A stretch of DNA of 63,427 nt, filler included, from Choristocarpus tenellus KU-1152 (Eukaryota; Protista; Phaeophyceae), in assembly GCA_964200185.2 (NCBI GenBank). It is 6 parts of 6 records of this genome, joined end to end, with 100 filler letters (N's around TTAATTAATTAA, not from the genome) between each part and the next. Parts side by side here need not be neighbours in the genome. Positions count along the whole stretch, not along the records: positions 1 to 27,135 come from CAXNAD020000150.1; 5 more parts are not named here. One strand, given 5' to 3'. Under the pieces are notes generated by a model that made no database searches, had not been told where the DNA came from, and worked only from the letters and a program-made list of their open reading frames with translations. This document shows positions 1 to 12,857 of this stretch, piece after piece. The position numbers were made by a program, and so were the translations under genes. The number at the start of each line of letters is the position of its first letter. The stretch's first letter is position 1.

Positions 1-203
1 CATATTTTACCGTAACTGTCCGATAGAGATGCAAGAGTCTAATCGAACGTAACATTCTCTTAATGTAGCTGAATAATGACGTTGAGCTTCATTAAATTTC
101 TTGCTGAAGTAGCAATGATACCTAGGTCTGCAGGATTATCGGATCGAGGTTGTGCTAAAAACCCTCCAGTACTACTCTCACTTGCATCAACATAGATGAT
201 GAA

Positions 204-1106
204 TTATTTGGTAAGGTCATGGAACACGAGAACCGGGGCAGCAGTGAGTAATTGTTTTACATTAAAAAATGCCACATCCTGATCTAATCCCCTTTCTTTA
301 TCCACTCTCTTATTGACACCTTTCTTAGTAAGAAGAAGTAACGGTTCGATTACTGTGGCTAAGTTGGGTATGAATTTACGCACAAAAATTATCATACCTA
401 GGACAGATCGGAGTTCTTTGATGGTGGTGGATTTGGGTAATTGAGTGATTGCACGGACACGATCCTCACCGATACAAATCCCTTCAGACGATAAAATGTG
501 ACCCAGGTAACGTGCTTCTTTGGGTCCAAACTGGATCTTTGACGGTTTAATAGTGAAACCTGCTGCTTGTAACGCTTTGAACTGCTGTTCTAGTAAGTGT
601 ATATGTCCTTCCCATGTGGGAGAACAAGCAATCAGATCATCCATGTAAACTAGCAACCCACTCGATGGACCAAAATTGGCAAAGGCTAAGGACATGATTC
701 TTTGAAATTGACAAGGGGTATTTGATATCCCAAAGGGCATCCTCTTAAAAACGTATTTGCTGCTAGACGTGACAAAAGCAGTTTTATCAATGTCATCCTC
801 AGCAACAGGAATTTGCCAATATGCACTCTGAATATCACAAACGGTGATAAACTTTGCACCCCCAACAGTATCAATATGAGACTCTATATCAGGCATAGGC
901 CAGGACTGTCGAACAAGGTGTTTGTTAACAGTTGACCTATAGTCTACACAGAATCGTGGGGAGCCATCAGATTTGGCCACAATAGTAACAGGACTACCCC
1001 AAGGGCAGGCACGTTTTTCAATGATGCCTTGCTCTTCCATAGTATTAACACACGAGTCAATTAACTTGTTGAGTATGGGGGTTTGCTCTGTAAGGGCTCC
1101 TGTCAA
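204..1106 (-). pseudogene. Gypsy reverse transcriptase domain (disrupted pol)
   Basis: RT motifs including YMDD. Frameshift upstream (~1070) and an in-frame stop at 204 just before RNase H. Confidence 0.9.
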
Positions 1107-1559
1107 CAGGTTTGGTACCAGACTCTATAGGAATTTCTGCTTCAGCTAGGGTACATCTGCCTAGTTCTGCTGGATTCAACGAAAATACCTATCTATAACG
1201 AGCACAGAGGTCTAAAAGTTGAGACATTTGTGACTGATTGAACGTGGTATCTTTGAATGCGTTTGACTTGGTGAAGGCTTGATATAACTCCTCTCTAGCT
1301 TTACTGAATGGAGCAGAACCAGTATTTAGAGCACTAACAGTAATTGGTACCTGATCTGAAATAGGGGTTAAGTGACAAATAACAAGATGTTTCCTGATAC
1401 GTACTTTCCGTGTTGTTGGATTTACCATTTGAAGCAATACTGATCTATTACTTGTTGACCAAGTACTGGGAGTGCGAGCAGCTACAATACGATTCCATGG
1501 ATGTGTAGGTTCAGTGGTTTGATCTACAGCAGGCATGGGGTGTATGACTTGCTCCACTA

Positions 1560-2303
1560 CTACGGCAGTATCCAATGACGGACTAGTATCAGTTGTGCAA
1601 CGACGATGGTTTCATGACCAGCTGATATGTTATACTGTTTCTGTACGCGAACAGGCATAGGGTCAAAATCATGTTGCACACTCACCACAGAACACGAAGG
1701 AGTTGTACTTTTATCACATACTTCAGTGGGGCTCCTTGTCATGTGATGTCTTGCTGAAATGGTACACGAACTGTTTTGAAATGAAAGACGTTGTTCTTGC
1801 CAATCAAGGATTGCACCGAATGCCTGCACAACACTATAATTAAGCATAATTTTTTTGGGACCAAGCTGAGGAATCACTAAAGCTTCAACTGGTAATGTGG
1901 TGTCACCAAGTGTAAGTGCAAAACGAATAAATCCACGAATATGCAAAGGTGAACCATTTGCTGCACGTAGATTTATTGCACCAGGTGGGACAGGATGCAC
2001 ATCAAAACGTTTCAGTTGAGGGTGATTGCGAACAAATATTTCAGAAATACATGGTACATCACTGGCTGTGTCAATTGTCAAGTCATTTTCCTCTTGTTCT
2101 TCAACGGTGCCAGATACACGAACTCTTTGTGATGAAAACGACAAAGGTTTGGGCATGGATGGGTATCTGCACAAAGAACTGTTGAACCAAGTTTCATTAT
2201 TATTACACGAGTTTGGTTGAACTAAAGGCAAAGAAAAATGCTTAGTGAAATGCGTGCAGGCTATAAACGATGCCTGCGGGGCAAGAGGTACGACTGGCGT
2301 CAA
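1560..2303 (-). pseudogene. Gypsy aspartic protease region
   Basis: IDTASD catalytic motif, AANGS flap-like motif and ALVIP..IMLN..FGAILDW retropepsin-like C-terminal part. Confidence 0.8.
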
Positions 2304-5300
2304 CCTCTTACACTTGCCACTCCCTACGATGGTGTCAACAACGACACCATGGCTGTTCCCAAATGGACAGGAGTCAAATCCACCTGGGCATCCCTAGGGA
2401 CGCAGACCATAATGGCCAGGTGTTGACTCACTGTCCTCACGAACACGCACACGACTGCCACGACCCCTGCCTCTACGACGCAAGTATGGCAAACGAGCAC
2501 CCCGCGGATTGTCCCGGCATGACTGGGTTGTGTGACCCTCACGAGACGCTGTCTGACAACCCGGTTACTGGCACACACTATTTTGCTGTGTACATCAAGC
2601 TGGACGGTGAGGCTGAGTAAGGCGACGTGTCTTGGGGTCGTGTTGACCTGTCAAAGTGCGCGACTGAGGGAGGTGGACCCGCTGACGACCGAGCTGGGGC
2701 CCTATTGAGGGTTGTCTCCCCTGCTCGGTGACGTTCCTTGTTAAAGAAACTGGTGTTCCCAAGACTTTTGTGTGTAAATAACTCGATTATTTCCTCATTA
2801 TGTAGAACAGGCTGTACATGAAGTAAGGAAGGTGTAAGAAAGGAGAGTGAGCTTCAAACCCCAAAGGGGGGTGTCATTGCCACCAAATCAATTCTATTCC
2901 GTGAATGACTAATCTGAAATTACTTCCCACAATGCTTCCTATTCCTGAACTCTTACATATTCTAGTTCTTGAAACCCAACCTTATCTTCTTATTCTTCAG
3001 AATACAAATACCGTCTCTTCATTCATAAATTATTTCTTCTACAGAATATTCTTTTACACATGAATAAAAAGCATATTCTTAACACAAAATATGCTTACTT
3101 TTTTTGTCCAAGGTGAACATCATCAAGGTTGATGTGGTTGCTGGATGGAAGCGAGCCTATTTCGATCGTGGTTTAGAGGGGTATAGNNNNNNNNNNTTCA
3201 TTCATAAATTGTTTCTTCTACAGAATCTTCGTTTACACATGAATAAAAAGCATATTCTTAACACTGCCTACCTCTCAGTTGATATTGTACTGTATAGCAC
3301 TAACCAGTGCTGTAGTGTAGGATAGCAATCCATGCTCTGAGTAAAGTTTTCAACACTTTGGTGAAGGTTGTGGATGAGCATCAAATTCAACTACTGATAC
3401 CTACCACAGGCTTCATCTTTGTCTGAGGTCTATCCAGGAACGTGTTTGTCAGGGACGACATCGACCTATCAGTTGAACTTTGGACTCATTGAGAGCCTGC
3501 ACGACACTACATAACAATATTTCATTGCAGGTTCCCATTTGTACTATGTTGAACATTGCGAAGTGCATATTTTGTATGGGAAGCACAGTCAGCCAACCAA
3601 CTACAGAGACTGCAGTGGACATAGTAGCAACTTAAAATCTGCTATACGGTAATAACTGTAAGTGTGATGTGCACAGGCATGTTGAATGCTATACCAGCGA
3701 ATAATGACTGTGAACCTCCTTGGTGTTCAAGGTTATAACAAAGAATACTGATTGTAGACCTTCTTGTTCTTCAATATAATTCTTTATTGTAGTCGTGCTG
3801 ACCAAGTCACTCACCTACCCAGAGGGGAAAAGGAGGAAGGTGACTGGTGGTCACTCAATTTTTCCGTACATGTGCTAGAGTACACTTCTCTATAACTTAT
3901 TTTATCTTTTCATTGAGAGACACTTTATTTTCAGAATATACTACGTAGCACATTCCTCTTAATGAAAAGATTAAATCACTTGATATGGACACTGCTGCCA
4001 TCTGACTACGATTGGTATAGGCATATGTGAGAGAGGGGCAAATGAGGGCACTTGTGAGAACCAGTGACCCCATTTGTACATCAAACGGCGTGTGTCTTGT
4101 TTTTCAGGACTGGCCACATACTCAGCTCTTTTTGTGCTAATAGACCAGTATTGACCTGTGCGGTCACTCATCATATTGTTGACTGTATCTAATTATGCAA
4201 GCATAGGGTGGGAGGAGAAAGGGGTCTCTTTCTACCCTAATTTCAATATTTCTTGACTTCATTCCCGTTTCACTTGGAAGTGGGCGGGTGAAAAGACCTA
4301 TTTGTAGCCTGTGTGTAATTTTTTGGGGGGGAGTACATTAGCTTACTGCTCTTTATTTTTATGTACATATTCATGGTGCTAAGCATGTCAATCGCTTGAT
4401 ACGTCAAGAGGAAGGGGGGTGAGGGGGGTGGTGTAATTCGTTATCTATAGTCCTCTCCCAAACATCTTTGTACATGTTTGTTGGTGAGCAGATCTTGGAG
4501 TATCAACACTATTATTCATGGGGGCAGTGCTGCTGCCTGGCTATCATAGAAGCTGGCATGAAGGAGAGCAGGAGGAGGGCGCTTGAGGCAGCCAACGAGC
4601 TATTTGTGTGTTGTAAGTGTGTCTTAATATTTGGACAGAGATTTCAAGCATTTTTGTTAATGTTCTGTATCTCTCGCCTAGGCTTTATGGCATGTTGGTG
4701 TCGGGAGGGACCAGCCAATGCCTTACTTGAGTGCACATATGGATGTGATGGCTTGCTGATAATAGTAATTGCTGTCACTATTCGATTTAATGGTTATGAA
4801 AAGGGGGAGGGAGGAAGAGCTCAGTTGTTCGGAAGATTCAGAAAGAGTACAGTGGTGAGTTACATGAACTCATGATGCGGCTCATCAATTGGTCCCTACT
4901 ACAACATGCAATGTATTTATGTTCTGTATGAGTACATATGTGTCTAATGCTCTCAATTAAACAATTTTATCTCCATTCAGAAAAGTAAGGAACACTACCA
5001 CCTGAAAGACAACTTGAAAGTGAATTGTTGTCAGGCTTGGGACTATGATTATCACATTATCTGGAGTTTTGAATACATATTTTTTTTAAGTGCTAGTAGA
5101 AGCATCCATGGTTTGCACTGGTATGTAGCATGCCATGTGCATTTTAACACTTCCTAAAGCTTCAAGTCAACCACTATCAACTGTGGGCCAACTACACACT
5201 GCACAATCAGCGCATGGCAGAGAGGGCAATCAAGGGGTGAACTCCTTCCTGTGCATGGTTCAGCTTGCATGAGAGTCTACATGCATATGTGCAATTACAA

Positions 5301-6516
5301 GACTGTCATGAGATAAAGTAGCAGAGAGCAATCGGTGCCTCCTTTTCTCTCCCTTCGTGATAGATGATCAAAGGCTGCAAAATGATCAAACCCAGCATTG
5401 ACGACTTGTCCATCTAAGAAACATCTCTATCTTCCCATATCCAAAGTAACAAAACCACCTCCCACACAAATCGACCAATTGTATATTTTTAACATTTAAA
5501 AAAAATCAGCACACAGCAACAGGAACAAGCATTGTACAACAAATTCTTGCTGGGGACAGCACTCCGGTTAAACTCTACTGATATACCCCCTCAACAGAAA
5601 CAACCCCCTCCATGCCTATGTTCACATATGGCACAGGTATACCCAATTATGATAAATAAGAAAAATATGTATTTGCTCAGTAGCGAGACAGTTGCCCTGT
5701 GAAGTAATTTCTTACCTCTGTACAACACTGGGCTTACCTGTTCTTGCACTGTAAGTGAGAAGCAAAATACTACCTACTACGTTGTACATACTTGAGCTAC
5801 TCTGATCCTGTGACTCTGAGGCATAGGTGTTGCAGTAGAGTCATGCAGTACTGAGCATCTTGCCTTATGGCTATAAAGGTGGTAGAAATAGTCCATCTGG
5901 TCTATAAAGAATTTGAGTGAGGGCGCTGAAGTAAATGCATAAATGTTGCATTGAGATTGACTCAACTTTCCACTACATGCATCACTTTGATGTTTGATTA
6001 GGTGGATGGAATGAGATAATTTGACCTTTCCCAGAGTAAACTAAAATTGTACAAGCGGGTTGACAAGAGGCAAAGTGAGCGAAGTGGTTTGAGTCACGAC
6101 AATACAAACACCTGTGGAGGCCCAAATCAACAGCAAGTATTGTATGTACATTTTTAGGGAGTTACCGTAGATGGATGTATCAAGAGGTGTTGAGCATTTC
6201 TCACGTCATCACTCTGAAAATTTAGCATCGGCTAGGTATCACATTTGAATATGGATATGGCTGTAGTGTGTGCACCACTTTAAAAAGCAAGCCCATGTAG
6301 AAAAATAAGATGATTTCCTTGGATAATTTACTGGTAATGGGGGTGGCATCAATGTCAGCAGGTATTGTAGCAATGGAGAAATCTCAAAAAATGGCAAAGC
6401 ACAGTACAGTTGTTTTAACATGTCCACACACCAGGAAATTATCAGAAAAAGAACCAACGAGCAAGGACCAATGGGTTTCCTTGTGCGGCAAAGTAATTAT
6501 TGGCAAGACTCCTTCC

Positions 6517-8079
6517 TCACAAATCCTTCTTACCAAGTGCAACCTCTTTTCGGCTAAACAAAGAATTTAGATCATCCTGCATGATTTTGCTGGACTTCTC
6601 CAACAGTTCATCTGGAGTCAGTCCGTGGTTGCTTTCAACTACCTCTGACAGTTTCATAGTGACCATTGAAGGGAAGCCACCAATAACACTCTTCCTTGGC
6701 CATGCATGGTAGTTTCCATTCATTGCAAGGCTCACAACAGGCATGTCAGTCTTGTGTGCAAGAGTAAAAGTTCCCCGACGGAAAGGAAGCAATTCACCAG
6801 GCACCTTACCCACCATGCCCTCAGGGAACATGCTTAGGCAGCCACCATTTTCGATGTAGCTGTTTACCTGTTGAATGGACAAACACCCATGGTCATTACA
6901 ATGTACCCATGATACAAGAGGACAGTCTACGGTGGACATTTCAACCATCGGTATTATCATAAAAATTAGATATCAGCACCTGTGACTCTTGAAGACACTC
7001 TACCATGCATGCATTTGAATGATCAGGATGTTAAAGCATACAAGCTCAAAATAGTATGACTAATACATGCCAGTGCTTAAATGCAACACAAAAGCTCTGG
7101 ATACCCCACTCTTGAAGTAAAGAAGTTGGGATGGATAACGAGGAGCACCCTCAAGATGAACATATTGTTGTACTGTATGTGCTGCTGCTACACAAGAAGG
7201 TACAAGATCACATTAGGATGATGCACTTTGCACCTTGTGATCTAAGAAAATATTCAGATACATTGTGTCTTACAAATATGTGGGCATGAGTCCCTCCAGT
7301 GCACACTGAATTTATCAATATAGTCTAGCCCTTCACCTGAAGCATTACTTCTGTTTGCTTGACCTTGTCGACACCAAATTCCTCCGGCCTGGGTGTAAGG
7401 AAGTACACAGGAAAGTGACCCACACATTGGGAGATAAACCCAAGCAAGGGCAACTTATGGGTGACAAAACAGAATCGTAGGGGGACAAACATCCCCACCA
7501 CCAGAACAAGGCGTAAGTAATTATGGTCACTTGAAATAGGTGGAGGCTTAAGGAAATATGGACTCAGCCACAATCGAAGCAATACAAAGTCGAAGAGTCT
7601 CCAGGCCGTAAGGCGCAAGAGAGACGAAGGAGAAGGCAGAAAAGTACAGCTATACTCGATTTTCCACTCACTTGGAACAAACTGGCTTTCATTAGAGTCC
7701 GATATCGGCGTAACACCTTAGGCGGGAAGTGTCCAACGAAAATGATAGAGTCCAGATAGCTGGTGTGATTCATCAGCAGAAACACTCTTTGCCTATCCAA
7801 AAGGCGTAAGATTTCCTCTTCGGGTGGGGTAGACACTTGAATCCAAGGAACAGGAAATAGGAGAAGATACTTAAAAGTGTAGTGACAAACATAGCATGCT
7901 CGCATCTGCTTCGTTGGTGTACTGCCTGGCAGGAGGTGGTACCCCACATAGCATCCCACGTAGCACCAGAACATACAAACAACCAACCAAAGAGCGAACC
8001 AGCATTGACATGCTCGCCGAAATAGGTTCCTAAAAACTCCAATCCCTGCACTTCCGCCACTCTGTGCCTCTTCCGCCAT
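6517..8079 (-). CDS. plsC: 1-acyl-sn-glycerol-3-phosphate acyltransferase (PlsC/LPAAT family), 3 exons, ~291 aa
   Basis: Exons 8079-7672, 7453-7337 and 6867-6517, joined by phase-0 GT-AG introns. Motifs NHTSYLD (NHx4D), GHFPV, FPEG and PFRRGTF. Hydrophobic N-terminal membrane segment. Confidence 0.9.
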
Positions 8080-9589
8080 CTTATCTTGTGCAGCCCCTCT
8101 TCGGAAATGCCGTGAGCGGAAGTGGAAATACAGCATTGTCGAAAGGCAAAGGCATTAGACGGACATTGGACGGGTTCAAAAGACTTAAATATTCTTATGG
8201 GTATCCTGCAGCAGTGAAAAGCGTATTCCGGTTATGGTGCATCGTGGGTTCCGGTAGGTACAGGATTGTCCGAGACATCGACAAAGTGAGTGTTACTCAG
8301 CGCGCGTAAGCTACGACTAAAGGTTCCTGCGACATTATACAGGGTAGGAGTTTAGCTTCAACACTTGGACACTTTATTGTCTCGAGATCCTTTCTACACA
8401 CTGACCTCACCCCTTGTTGAACTATATACACTCCTGACAAAGCCTGACCTATGCAAAACTCAGTTGTGGGAAGTTCACTCGGAGGAATGAGACTTGTTAT
8501 TTCTCTTGTTCACAGGATGTATGGATCCCCCAAGGAGCCACTCACAGCTGCAGCTACTAGGAGGAAAACATGCATAGGAGTATCATGTATCAACATCTGT
8601 TGTTTAAGACAGGGGTATATCTCATCTCTCTATGATTTGTACATGTTTAATGTGGAAGTAGATAATTCATAATTCATAATTTATTATGAACAATTTTATA
8701 ATTTGCATCTTGGACAACGTAACGCTCGTATAGCGCAACATAACATAAAATTTTTACAAGACAGAGTGTTCTCCAAAACAACGCGAATGAAAGAGGAATG
8801 AGTCACCAGCTTTGCCCTAAAAAACGGACGTTATGGACCAAATTGGTTATAAATTTACCGAATCACAGACGAAAAATTGGCTTTTGGGGGACTCAACGCT
8901 ATCGTGAAAAAAGGAGGTTCTCACAATAGAGCAAATGGCCCCAAGTGCTGTCAAGGAGTATGGACGATACATAGAAAAATCAATGAGTCAGAGGAATTCC
9001 TGGTCAACTGGCGTTATATGCATGCATTTCTTACTTTTTGTTTATGTATTTATGCATTCGTCTCGTTTTTCGATACTACTTGTGATAGTCACCCTCTCTC
9101 CAAGTTACAAGTTATGTATACCTTAGGCACCTTCCTTAACAACAAGATACACCTCAGAGTCTATCATCCTCTGTCATGAATGTTCATGCAGACTATTGAA
9201 CAGTTCTCCTGATGAAATTAGAATCAAGGGTGCTGAGAGGAGATTCCAACCCCCGCTCTCAGACTTTCACTTGCTGCCCTGTCACTTCTCCTATGAGTCA
9301 CCTTCTTTGGGTTGAAATCTGTCTGCCTGTTTCAACCCGTTTCTCCTTATATTTTAATATAGCCTTTTTTCTAGTTGATTGTATTTCTTTATCTCTCGTT
9401 TCAATCAGAGCCTTTTTTTCCTGCTCGTTCTGTATTGCATTTCTGACCACCAGGGACTGAACCTGATTTATGTGCTCTGGAGTATATTTTTTGCTTCTTC
9501 CTCCATGACAACATACATATGTATCTATGTATCTGACAAAAATCCCAACACTATTGCAGAGCTTATAGGAACAGGGAGTGGAGTAACAC

Positions 9590-10485
9590 TTGAGCGGCTC
9601 TTGAGGAGAATGAGTCGTGCTGATGATGCAAGCATTGTCTCCAAGTCCCAAGAAGGTCTGACCACGATGGTGATGGTAATTTTGAAGATGGTCAGGCCAT
9701 TTTATCTGACCGTGTTAGAGCTGAAGACGGAGACCACGTGTCTATGGGCTCCTAATAAGGCTGCAGACATCACGCAGATCCAGACACTGGACAAGGAATA
9801 CTCAGTGTAATCAGACTGATTAGTTCATTTACCTTAGAGGGACAATCAGTTGTGACAAAGCTTCTATCACTGCCAAGATCAGCTGGGGGATCTAGAAAGC
9901 TTGGAGGTGTTTTGGAAAATGTAGCCAGATGTTCTATGGCAGGACCTCAGGTGAATCATTTGAGCTTAAGATTTGAAAGCACAAAGCTGAAGTGTTTGAG
10001 GTTCTGTTTCTGGGTTTATGACACCGTCCCACTCTGACAGGTCCACTACCTGAAGGTTCGCTCCCATCACCTCAAATTCCTTACTTGTTTTAACTTGTTT
10101 TAATTTGTTTCATTGAACTTCGCGAACGAGAACAGACCAATCACGCCCTGTCCTACAAAGTTGCCCTTTGAAGCCTGGATGTGAGATTATAGAGGTGAAT
10201 GTGTGCAAAAAATGTAGACCCCTTTTTGCTGGGTCGAATGAGTGTATAAAGGATGAGCGACTTTCCAAGGTGATGATGTTTGAGGACCTTGTGCGAGGAA
10301 AACATAAGCAAGGTGGAGATGGGAAGAACTGGTCGGTGTGCCTGCAAGATGACCTAAGGAATTTTGGGATTACAGTTGAGCGATGGACTGCAAGGAAGAA
10401 CAGAATCAACAGGAGGAGTACGAGTGTGTTGCTGCTGGCACAGCAACGTTATGACAGAGGGACATTTCAAGGAAGCTGCGATAAC
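9590..10485 (+). mobile_element. 5'-truncated, decayed non-LTR retrotransposon (RTE-like LINE): RT C-terminal half and ORF2 tail
   Basis: RMSRADDASIVSKSQEGL..KTETTCL is a degenerate YADD region. LSKVMMFEDLVRGKHKQGGDGKNWSVCLQDDLRNFGI..W resembles an RTE ORF2 C-terminus. Multiple stops. Confidence 0.75.
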
Positions 10486-12857
10486 TAATGTATGTCATGC
10501 TGAAGTACCAGCTAAGTAAGGTTCCCAGGCAACCAACCCCACCACCATCAACTCCTGTTCATTGCTGCTTTCTCATTGTATTCTCTCTTTTAGGGTTGAT
10601 TTCTTCTAGCATCCCTTTTTTTTCTTTCCTTTCCTATTGTTTCCTTTGTTGTTTGACATATATGGGTGATGGTGATTTTTAAAAACTTGATGGACCTGAT
10701 ATGGCTCAAGTTGTGGATAGTAGGGCATTCACCTGTTGCAGGATCTTTTCTTTTTTCTTTCACCTTTTTTATTTTCTTATGTAAATGTTGTTTTTCTCAC
10801 TACTGTGTATGTATTGCATTATTTGAACTAGCTTTTTTGGACCCCTCCTCACACTACAAAGTGAATAAAATAATGAATGACAAAAAGCAAAAAATTGGAT
10901 AAATCAATGTGTGAATCAATCATGAAGAAACAACTAGTGGGTTTGGCCGTTTTCTGGAAAACAGACGATGTGTATTTTCCGTGTTTGCATAATGTCCTCT
11001 TTCTTCCATTATTTGTAATGTCTTTACAGCTGTGTGTCCCATCTTTGCCAATCAACCCTGCCCCTCTGGCACCAAGCTCAAGAAGTGCATGTCTAGGAGG
11101 CAGTAACATACTAGAACCATGATTCTACCATGTCGGCCCCATCCATCCTCACAGGAGGTCCCAGGGGCTGAGGGGGCAAGGGCAATACTACACCACAACA
11201 TTAATCCAATCAGCAAAGAAATGAACAGAGAACGGTTTACAATTCCTTGATCAGCTTTTCCAGCATCCCACATGAGAACTCTGTTCCACCAATTAAGGTA
11301 TATCCCACACCCTATGTATGTTACGTTCTTCCACTCCTTGTTTATGTGTATCGTTTTGCATATTTACTGAAGATTGCTGTGTTTAGCATTCCACATCTAC
11401 TCTTCTTTTTGATCACCTTTGCTGCACTCTTCTTAACGCACAGGATTCCAGCTTGACCTCTTAATGATCTACAACCTTTTCCAGTTATATTTGGGCAAGC
11501 CTTCTCATCCCCCTCTGTTAATATTTGTCTTCTCACAGTCGACATTCACATTCAGCAACCAACTTCACAGCAAACATCCAACAAAATATGAAAGGTGGTT
11601 AAAAATAGCCAGTGCCACAAAATTCAATATTCTCGATACTGCACTTGGTATCGACATAACTATCATAAGACAACGTATCACTTATACAACCCTTGGATAC
11701 ACTATATTCCTGCGCACAAAGATTGTAGAGCAGAGGTGGACTTTATGGAGAGTGTGTAAGGTGGACGCAGCATATGCCTTGGTATATATTAAAAACAATC
11801 AAGAACTCAATATGGTAAGAAATATCATACACACTCAGACCTGTTTAACTGTTCCCCAGACCAAAGTCTTGCCTCCTTAATAGAAAAAATCAAGTTAATG
11901 TTTTCAGCCACTAACAGTTTTCACTATGTGGGGTCAACCTGCATCGCCCATGCCCCCCCTCACTTCCACTTTAGTGCTCAGGAATATACCCTTCCTGCAA
12001 GAGAGAACTGAGGGGGCTCTGAAGCCACTTGTCCACCACCTGCCCTGATACACACCATACTTGAGCACTATCCATGCACAGAAAGGCATTGATACATCCT
12101 CTAGGGCCTAGTACTTCTATCAATAACCAGGTTGATATTACGTGACCGGGCACAAGTTGTTCATAGGGTGATAGGTATTAAATAATCAACTGTGGTGACA
12201 AATAACACACCGTCTGTGGACACACATTTACTGAATGGCTTGGTTTTGAAAACTCTCCACCACTGGATGCAACACTGAGTCAAATTATACTTCAAATGGT
12301 ATCTGCTTATCTAGAGGCAAAGGAGAAGCAGTTGTGCCAATGTGGCAAAGGTTGGTGTAACTACTCTAAGTAGTGCTTGTCCTAGCTTGCATGATGTATA
12401 AACTTTGTTCATTCTCTATCACTGTGGCTCTCTTTCTGCAAATGATCCACAAAGGAGGATCCCATCAATCAACCAAACATTGACCTGAGCTTAAGCTGTT
12501 AGTACAGTGGGCGGACATTGTATCCTGCAACTACCCTACCCATCTGTTCAGACTTTCTGCGGCTACATGCTTCTTTTTGCCCACCTGTTAAGACCAATCA
12601 ATCTAAACCTAGCAATTAGACTGTTTGCCCCCCTAACAGAAAATCTTGCAATGTCATACTCAGGGTGGTACTAAAAAGCACACTGGAGCCTCCAAGGAGC
12701 TCACAGTATGAGCATGCCCTTCATGAGTGCACCACAGATGGTAGAAAGCTAAAAAGGTCTCTCTTTGTGCTCACTTGGTTCACTCTCTGAAGATTCTCTG
12801 GACAACATCATTAAAAGCATTGGCACATGATATGAGCCGCTGTCCCAGCTATTTGTT

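Larger units (their letters stand above)
1..2600 (-). mobile_element. Degenerate Ty3/Gypsy LTR retrotransposon internal region (gag tail - protease - linker - RT - RNase H), running off the left edge
   Basis: Aspartic protease motif LTIDTAS in ORF 1560..2303. RT motifs PWGSPV, RFCVDYR, CDIQSAYWQI, MPFG, YMDD and YLGH in ORF 204..1106. RNase H start (YVDAS...GGFLAQ, then FSKKFNEAQRHYS after a frameshift) at 1..200. Zinc-knuckle-like CQ*PGCQTASREGHTTQSC near 2518..2573. PR-RT-RH order is the Gypsy order. Several stops and frameshifts. Confidence 0.93.

Noticed and set aside
3018-3265. ~66-bp direct repeat flanking a 10-N gap
   Set aside because: It straddles an assembly gap and may be a haplotype or overlap artefact or an LTR sub-repeat. 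It cannot be interpreted.
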